From the NCBI RefSeq assembly GCF_003010495.1, contig NZ_CP027570.1, forward strand, positions 1,020,001 to 1,052,000: a stretch of 32,000 nt of DNA, written 5' to 3'. The stretch comes from Megasphaera elsdenii DSM 20460 (GTDB lineage Bacteria > Bacillota > Negativicutes > Veillonellales > Megasphaeraceae). A model generated the notes under the pieces. The model searched no databases, was not told the DNA's origin, and worked only from the letters and a program-made list of their open reading frames with translations. A program made the translations under genes and the position numbers. Below, one piece after another: positions 27,208 to 32,000 of the stretch (positions within the stretch are counted from its first letter, which is position 1; each line of letters starts with the position of its first letter).

Positions 27208-28305
27208 ATGTCTCAATCTGACTATACTCTGGTTCTGCCAGCTTTTACCATTGGCGTCCATGCTTATGATGCCATCGGCAAGATTACCTGGCATTTTGGT
27301 AAGAAAGTCGTCATCATCGGCGGCAAGACGGCCCTGGAAAAAGCCAAACAGCCGCTCCTCGATGCCATTGCAAAGACGGATTTGCAAGTCCTCGGCGTGC
27401 TCTGGTATGGCGACGATGCTACCTATGAACACGTCGACCGCCTGCTCCGTGAACAGGCCGTCCAGGATGCAGACCTCATCTTTGGCGTCGGCGGCGGCCG
27501 TGCTATCGATACGTGTAAAGTCGTAGCCGACCGGGCCGATAAGGCTTTATTTGCCTTCCCGACACTGGCTTCCAACTGTGCGCCGTCGACAGCCCTGGCA
27601 GTCATGTACAAGGCCGATAAATCCTTTGCTGGCTACTATTATCTCAATCAGCCGCCGGTCCATACCTTCATCAATATGGCCATCATTGCCGATTCGCCGT
27701 TTAAATTCTTCTGGGCTGGTATTGGCGACGCCATGAGTAAGGAATGTGAATCGGAATTGGCCAGCCGTGCAGCTGAACATTTCCACACGGTCCTCCTCGG
27801 CCGGGCTATCGGCAAGGCTTGCACGGCACCGCTCTTGCAGTATGGCGAACAGGCTTTGGACGATTTCAAGGCCAATAAAATCACCTATGCCCTGCAGCAG
27901 GTCGTCCTGGACATTATCATCAGTACGGGCCTCGTCTCTAACTGCACGACCGGTGGTAGTGAGTACTACTACAATTCGTCCCTGGCCCACATGTTCTACA
28001 ATGCTTCGACAGTCCTGCCGCAAGTCGTCGAAGGTCATCTCCATGGCGAAATCGTCGCCTTTGGCGTCCTGGTCCTGCTGACATACGACAAGCAGTTCGA
28101 ACTGCGCGACCAAGTAGCGGCTCTCTATAAGAAGTGCCAGTATCCGACGACCCTGGCTGACCTCGACATCAAAGCCGACGAAGTCGACTCCATCGTCGAT
28201 GCTGCACCGGCCCTGACCGAATGGACCTGCGTCCCTGAACCGATGACCAAAGAGGTCTTCAAAAAGGCCATCATGGATGCAGACGAATTTGGCCGTTCGT
28301 TATAA
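27208..28305 (+). CDS. Iron-containing alcohol dehydrogenase family protein, glycerol-dehydrogenase-like
   Basis: 365 aa. GVGGGRAIDTCK matches the GldA GGGKxxDTAK loop. PTLASNCAPSTALAV and GIGDA are present, as is HGEIVAFG with metal-ligand His candidates. SD AGGAGG. Confidence 0.7.
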   Translation: MSQSDYTLVLPAFTIGVHAYDAIGKITWHFGKKVVIIGGKTALEKAKQPLLDAIAKTDLQVLGVLWYGDDATYEHVDRLLREQAVQDADLIFGVGGGRAIDTCKVVADRADKALFAFPTLASNCAPSTALAVMYKADKSFAGYYYLNQPPVHTFINMAIIADSPFKFFWAGIGDAMSKECESELASRAAEHFHTVLLGRAIGKACTAPLLQYGEQALDDFKANKITYALQQVVLDIIISTGLVSNCTTGGSEYYYNSSLAHMFYNASTVLPQVVEGHLHGEIVAFGVLVLLTYDKQFELRDQVAALYKKCQYPTTLADLDIKADEVDSIVDAAPALTEWTCVPEPMTKEVFKKAIMDADEFGRSL

Positions 28306-28418
28306 TACTTTATATGCTGGACATTTTCGTGTATAATGAATTTTATATAAGATATAGTTTGTAGAATAGAGCTTGTAGTTTGCAGTAAAAGAACTAAAAA
28401 CTATAAACTACAAACTCG

Positions 28419-28452
28419 AAAAGGAGCTGTCTTATTGCGACAGCTCCTTTTC
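28419..28452 (+). terminator. Rho-independent terminator, located only 21 nt before the next start codon
   Basis: AAGGAGCTGTC-TTATT-GCGACAGCTCCTT followed by TT. The stem is the same as in the 6598-6633 terminator. Confidence 0.7.
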
Positions 28453-28473
28453 AACTCTTTTACGGAGGGGATT

Positions 28474-29475
28474 ATGGATCAAGTATTAGAACAAATCATC
28501 AGTGCCATCGAACCGATGGATTTGGCGAAGACGGCAGAGTGCTACCAGCGCCTGGCCAGCTTGACGATTCGTCAGGACAGCAAGTTGTCCTACCTGGCCG
28601 GCCGTATCGCCGGCGTCCAAGGGACGCTGCATCCGGAAAAATTGCAGAAAGCCGTCGTCGTCTTTGCTGCCGACCATGCTGTCGATGGCGGGGAAAACAA
28701 GACTAACGGCAAGAACAGCAAGGCCGATGCCCTGGAAATCGCTACGGGCCGGGGACCCATCAATAAGGTGGCTCACCGCATCGGCGCCGGCGTCATGCTC
28801 CTCGACATGGGACTGGAAGAAGACATTCCCGAATCCCAAGGCGTCCAGGACCTCAAAGTCATGCACGGGAGCCATTTTTGGGCCCGCCAGGATGCCATGA
28901 GCGAAGATGAAATGATGGATGCCCTTTTCAGCGGCCTCCAGATCGGCCAGAATCTGGCCGATGAAGGCTATACGGCTGTAGGCTTGGGGAACCTCGGCGA
29001 ACGGGGCTTGCTGACGGCTTTCATTTTGACGGCTGTCTTTTTCCGGGATCAGCTGGAAGAATTGCCGGAACACATGAAGTCTGGTCAGAAATTAGAGAAA
29101 TTAAAGCAAATCATCGACCAGCGCCACTTCGATGCGTCCGATCCGCTGGACCTCCTGCGCCGCGCCGGGGCTCCGGACATCGCTGCCATGGTCGGCTTCA
29201 TCCTTTCGGCGGCCCAACGTAAGCTGCTCGTCATCTTCGACAATGCTGTTACGGGTTCGGCCGTCCTCATCGCCCGCGCCTTATGCCCGACAATCGATGA
29301 TTATGTCTGTGCTTCGGCCCGTTATCTGGAACCGGTCCATCAGATGCAGATGAAAAAGCTGGGCCTCAAGCCTTTTGTCGAAATGGACCAGAACCTCGAC
29401 CAGGGCATGGGTTCGGCCATGGGACTGACCATGCTCGACGCATCGGTCCAGATGATGAATGAAAATTTAAAGTGA
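28474..29475 (+). CDS. Divergent CobT-like protein (nicotinate-nucleotide:base phosphoribosyltransferase family)
   Basis: 333 aa from ATG 28474 (SD GGAGGGG). The CobT-like N-terminus has IEPMD...A and FAADHAV (canonical is FAxDHGV). Several canonical motifs look altered; see findings. Confidence 0.6.
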   Translation: MDQVLEQIISAIEPMDLAKTAECYQRLASLTIRQDSKLSYLAGRIAGVQGTLHPEKLQKAVVVFAADHAVDGGENKTNGKNSKADALEIATGRGPINKVAHRIGAGVMLLDMGLEEDIPESQGVQDLKVMHGSHFWARQDAMSEDEMMDALFSGLQIGQNLADEGYTAVGLGNLGERGLLTAFILTAVFFRDQLEELPEHMKSGQKLEKLKQIIDQRHFDASDPLDLLRRAGAPDIAAMVGFILSAAQRKLLVIFDNAVTGSAVLIARALCPTIDDYVCASARYLEPVHQMQMKKLGLKPFVEMDQNLDQGMGSAMGLTMLDASVQMMNENLK

Positions 29476-29487
29476 GGAGTGATTTCC

Positions 29488-30339
29488 ATGAAAACTTTAT
29501 ATCTTGATTGTTTTTCCGGCATCAGCGGCAACATGTTCATCGGTATGCTCATCCAGGCCGGCGTACCCTTTGAAGCCTTTAAACAGGCCATGGCTTCGCT
29601 GAATCTGACGGGTTATGATCTCGTATGCCGCAGCGTCAATAAGCTGGGAATCCAATCTATCTATTATAATGTTCTCCTCGAATCAGAAGGTCATGGCCAC
29701 GAACATCACCATCATCATGACCATGACGGCCATGAACACGCCCATCATGAACACCCTGAGCATCATGATGAAGGGCAGGGCCACCTCGTCGATACGACAG
29801 GCCATCATCACCACCATCAGCACCGGGGCCTGCCGGAAATCACGAAGATCATCGAAAGCGCCCCTATCGATGAAGATATCAAGGCCAAGAGCCTGGCCGT
29901 CTTCCAGGCCCTGGCTGAAGCCGAAGCCAAGGTACACGGCGTGCCGGTCGACCAGATCCATTTCCATGAAGTCGGCGCTATCGACTGCATCCTGGACATC
30001 GTCGGTACGGTGTGGTGCTTGAAGTATTTGGGCATCGAACAGGTTGCCGCATCGCCTATCCATGCGGGAAGCGGCTTTGTCCGCTGCGCGCACGGTATCA
30101 TGCCCGTACCGGCACCGGCAACGGCGGAACTCCTGGCCGGGATTCCCTGGTACGCTACGGACATCAAAGGAGAACTGGTCACGCCGACCGGCGCGGCCTT
30201 AGTGAAAGTCCTGGCCCATGCCGGCGTCCGCCCGAAAGATTTCGTTTATGATACCGTAGCTTACGGGGCTGGTACGAAAGACCTGACCATCCCCAACGTA
30301 GTCCGCGGCTTCATCGGACAGGCGGAAGATATTTCGTAG
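29488..30339 (+). CDS. larC: LarC (DUF111, nickel-pincer cofactor nickel insertion) with the N-terminal (LarC1-like) domain only and an extended His-rich tract
   Basis: MKTLYLDCFSGISGNMF, HFHEVGAIDCILDIVG, PVPAPATAELL and ELVTPTGAA. It is 283 aa against about 400 aa for single-chain LarC. SD GAGGAG. Confidence 0.75.
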   Translation: MKTLYLDCFSGISGNMFIGMLIQAGVPFEAFKQAMASLNLTGYDLVCRSVNKLGIQSIYYNVLLESEGHGHEHHHHHDHDGHEHAHHEHPEHHDEGQGHLVDTTGHHHHHQHRGLPEITKIIESAPIDEDIKAKSLAVFQALAEAEAKVHGVPVDQIHFHEVGAIDCILDIVGTVWCLKYLGIEQVAASPIHAGSGFVRCAHGIMPVPAPATAELLAGIPWYATDIKGELVTPTGAALVKVLAHAGVRPKDFVYDTVAYGAGTKDLTIPNVVRGFIGQAEDIS

Positions 30340-30340
30340 T

Positions 30341-30375
30341 TCGTTCGTCGTTTATCGTTTATCGTTCGCCGTTCA
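30341..30375. repeat. Degenerate heptamer array TCGTTCG TCGTTTA TCGTTTA TCGTTCG CCGTTCA
   Basis: Counted directly. It begins 1 nt after the larC stop codon. Confidence 0.9.
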
Positions 30376-30451
30376 TCATAGGGGCCATCCCAAAGGGCGG
30401 CCCGCCTGATTCCGCTGCCATGGCGGGACGCCCTCTAGGCGTCCCCTACAG

Positions 30452-30489
30452 AAAAAATGCTGACCGCATATGCGGCCAGCATTTTTTTC
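30452..30489 (+). terminator. Rho-independent terminator
   Basis: AAAAAATGCTGACCGC-ATAT-GCGGCCAGCATTTTTTT. Confidence 0.7.
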
Positions 30490-30518
30490 TTGACAAATCT
30501 CTGACGTCATGGTATTAT
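30490..30518 (+). promoter_or_regulatory. tRNA cluster promoter P1
   Basis: TTGACA-17 nt-TATTAT, with an overlapping TATAAT. Confidence 0.55.
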
Positions 30519-30561
30519 AATCAAGTACTGTGACGGGCGCAAGGCCCGCCGGAATACAGCG

Positions 30562-30590
30562 TTGACATATCAATCCCGATGTGATATACT
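30562..30590 (+). promoter_or_regulatory. tRNA cluster promoter P2
   Basis: TTGACA-17 nt-TATACT preceded by TG (extended -10). It ends 14 nt before the first tRNA. Confidence 0.6.
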
Positions 30591-30604
30591 TAACAAGTCG
30601 TCAT

Positions 30605-30679
30605 GCGGAAGTAGCTCAGTGGTAGAGCATCACCTTGCCAAGGTGGGGGTCGCGAGTTCGAGTCTCGTTTTCCGCTCCA
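30605..30679 (+). tRNA. tRNA-Gly (GCC)
   Basis: Cloverleaf read by eye: acceptor GCGGAAG/TTCCGC, anticodon loop TTGCCAA, T-arm GGTTCGAG-like, encoded CCA. Confidence 0.9.
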
Positions 30680-30701
30680 TTTCCTTCGGGAAGCTATTGT
30701 T

Positions 30702-30776
30702 CCTCAATAGCTCAGTTGGTAGAGCAATCGGCTGTTAACCGATTTGTCGTAGGTTCGAGTCCTACTTGAGGAGCCA
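30702..30776 (+). tRNA. tRNA-Asn (GTT)
   Basis: Acceptor TCCTCAA/TTGAGGA, anticodon loop CTGTTAA, GGTTCGAGTCC T-arm, encoded CCA. Confidence 0.9.
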
Positions 30777-30779
30777 TAC

Positions 30780-30854
30780 AGGGGTGTCGCCAAGCGGTAA
30801 GGCAACGGACTCTGACTCCGTCATTCGTAGGTTCGAATCCTACTACCCCTGCCA
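30780..30854 (+). tRNA. tRNA-Gln (CTG)
   Basis: Acceptor AGGGGTG/TACCCCT, anticodon stem ACGGA/TCCGT with loop CTCTGAC, GGTTCGAATCC T-arm, encoded CCA. Confidence 0.85.
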
Positions 30855-30859
30855 AACAT

Positions 30860-30935
30860 GATCCACTAGCTCAGTTGGCAGAGCACCTGACTTTTAATCA
30901 GGGTGTCCCGAGTTCGAATCTCGGGTGGATCACCA
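30860..30935 (+). tRNA. tRNA-Lys (TTT)
   Basis: Acceptor GATCCAC/GTGGATC, anticodon loop CTTTTAA, AGTTCGAATCT T-arm, encoded CCA. Confidence 0.9.
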
Positions 30936-30950
30936 CATTCCACATTACGT

Positions 30951-31026
30951 GGCCCCTTGGTCAAGCGGTCTAAGACATCGCCCTTTCACGGCGAGAACAT
31001 GGGTTCAAATCCCGTAGGGGTCACCA
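30951..31026 (+). tRNA. tRNA-Glu (TTC)
   Basis: Acceptor GGCCCCT/AGGGGTC, anticodon loop CTTTCAC, GGTTCAAATCC T-arm, encoded CCA. Confidence 0.9.
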
Positions 31027-31032
31027 CACCAT

Positions 31033-31108
31033 GGGCGATTAGCTCAGCTGGGAGAGCGCCTGCCTTACAAGCAGGATGTCAGCAGTTCGATCCTGTTATC
31101 GCCCACCA
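31033..31108 (+). tRNA. tRNA-Val (TAC)
   Basis: Acceptor GGGCGAT/ATCGCCC, anticodon loop CTTACAA, AGTTCGATCCT T-arm, encoded CCA. Confidence 0.9.
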
Positions 31109-31109
31109 G

Positions 31110-31145
31110 AAAAAAAGACCTGTCACTTTGTGACAGGTCTTTTTG
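31110..31145 (+). terminator. Rho-independent terminator of the tRNA cluster
   Basis: AAAAAAAGACCTGTCAC-TTTG-TGACAGGTCTTTTT. Confidence 0.8.
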
Positions 31146-31146
31146 C

Positions 31147-31174
31147 GTTGTTAGTTGTTAGTGGCTAGTGGCTC
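31147..31174. repeat. Degenerate heptamer array GTTGTTA GTTGTTA GTGGCTA GTGGCTC
   Basis: Counted directly. It begins right after the tRNA terminator. Confidence 0.9.
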
Positions 31175-31393
31175 CCCTGTGAAGGGGAGCTGGCGCCGCA
31201 GGCGTCTGAGGGGTTCTGCCCATGACGAGTGATTTGCCGCCACGGATTGCGACCTGCGGCCTGCGGTCTGCGGGCCGCCCTTTGGGCGTCCCCTACAGTG
31301 AACAATATAAAATACGTATCACATTAGCCTGCGGATTGCACAATTTGCATAATCTATTTCTTCTGCTCATTTTATATATGCGTAATAATATGT

Positions 31394-31421
31394 TTGATTC
31401 CTATAAGTTTTGTATTATAAT
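31394..31421 (+). promoter_or_regulatory. Candidate pta promoter
   Basis: TTGATT-16 nt-TATAAT, about 85 nt upstream of ATG 31505. Confidence 0.45.
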
Positions 31422-31504
31422 GGATGGTAGCGATAGGATATTTTCCTTAGCCTAAGGACATATTCCTAATTATTTTCTAAGAACTTACAAGGAGTGGTAC
31501 CCAA

Positions 31505-32000
31505 ATGAGATTTACAGAAGATTTGAAAGCCCGCGTTTCCAAAGCACAGAAAAAAATCGTCCTTCCGGAAACGAACAGCCGTCGTGTATTGAAAGCTGCT
31601 GAACGCGTTTTGGCTGATGGTTTTGCTAAAATCGTTCTCGTAGGTAAACTGGAACAGATTAAGAAAGATGCTGCTAAATTCCAGATCGATCTCACCGGTG
31701 TCGAAGTTGTCGACCCTGAAACTTACTATCGTATGGACGAACTTTGCGCTTACTTCGCAAAACGTCGTGAAAAGAAAGGCATGACCCTGGAAAAAGCTCG
31801 TGAAATCATGCTCAACAACTACACCTTCTTCGCAGCTGGCCTCGTTGCTCTCGGTGAAGCTGACGGCTGCGTATCCGGTGCTGCTACGACTTCTGCTGAA
31901 GTTATCCGCGCTGGCCTTCAGGTCATCGGCCCCCGTCCTGGCAACAAAACCGTATCTTCCGCTTTCATTCTCTTGACCAACACTCCGCAGTATGGTGATA
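31505..32000 (+). CDS. pta: Phosphate acetyltransferase (PTA_PTB family), 5' partial, running off the window
   Basis: My own translation from ATG 31505 (SD AAGGAG) is open to the window end. It reads MRFTEDLKARVSKAQKKIVLPETNSRRVLKAAE...GEADGCVSGAATTSAEVIRAGLQVIG, which is typical of short-form Pta. The ORF is not in the track because it has no stop. Confidence 0.75.
   Translation, partial: MRFTEDLKARVSKAQKKIVLPETNSRRVLKAAERVLADGFAKIVLVGKLEQIKKDAAKFQIDLTGVEVVDPETYYRMDELCAYFAKRREKKGMTLEKAREIMLNNYTFFAAGLVALGEADGCVSGAATTSAEVIRAGLQVIGPRPGNKTVSSAFILLTNTPQYGD

Noticed and set aside
28435-28473. Track start TTG 28435 for the CobT-like ORF. Similar 5' extensions are 10406 for the regulator, 29479 for larC, 4980 for fixC, 20033 for ilvC, 26849 for cstA-2 and 16618 for kinase 2.
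   Set aside because: The extensions run through terminator hairpins or promoter DNA and lack an SD. In each case an internal ATG preceded by a GGAGG-type SD at 5-9 nt gives an N-terminus matching the family.
30340-30545. A LarC2 (C-terminal LarC domain) reachable by programmed frameshift, as in Lactobacillus plantarum larC1/larC2.
   Set aside because: I translated the other frames after the 30337-30339 stop. The only open stretch (about 60 codons) runs through heptamer repeats, REP units, a terminator and the tRNA promoter, and shows no LarC-like sequence.
30903-31133. 76-aa ORF across tRNA-Lys/Glu/Val. Similar ORFs are 30376-30573 (minus), 31222-31455 (plus) and 20095-20409 (plus).
   Set aside because: They overlap tRNA genes, REP or heptamer repeats, or the T-box leader, and those features explain the sequence better.

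Overview
The window looks like a chromosomal, largely metabolic region of a Firmicute. A T-box leader, strong GGAGG-type ribosome-binding sites and about 55% GC suggest a Negativicutes/Megasphaera-like organism, but that taxon call is weak.

Gene content, left to right:
(1) One long plus-strand operon encodes a LutB-LutA fusion (lactate-utilisation Fe-S protein), three menaquinone tail genes (polyprenyl-PP synthase, menA, menG/ubiE) and a FixC/FixX ETF:quinone oxidoreductase pair.
(2) An MBL-fold hydrolase is followed by two translationally coupled DUF445 membrane paralogs.
(3) A LytTR response regulator is co-transcribed with a GlcD-type FAD oxidase and a PflX-type radical-SAM protein. Convergent to it are two tandem AgrC-like sensor kinases, one of them frame-broken.
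(4) A T-box-controlled ilvC-ilvB-ilvN operon lies on the minus strand.
(5) Two tandem cstA (carbon-starvation/pyruvate-peptide transporter) paralogs are separated by a complete group II intron. The intron sits directly after a terminator hairpin, as class IIC introns do.
(6) Next come a glycerol-dehydrogenase-like Fe-ADH and a divergent CobT-like protein coupled to a His-rich, N-terminal-only LarC.
(7) The window ends with a six-tRNA cluster (Gly-Asn-Gln-Lys-Glu-Val) and the 5' part of pta.

No CRISPR array, prophage or recognisable defence system is visible.

The least explained signals are:
(a) the complementary-degenerate kinase pair around the LytTR operon;
(b) the CobT-like/LarC1-only pair sitting behind a leader terminator;
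(c) a dense family of intergenic elements at 10 or more loci, built from 7-bp-periodic degenerate arrays, a TTTAAATTT core and GC-rich GTAGGGGC...GCCCCTAC palindromes.

All calls come from reading motifs by eye. No database search was run.
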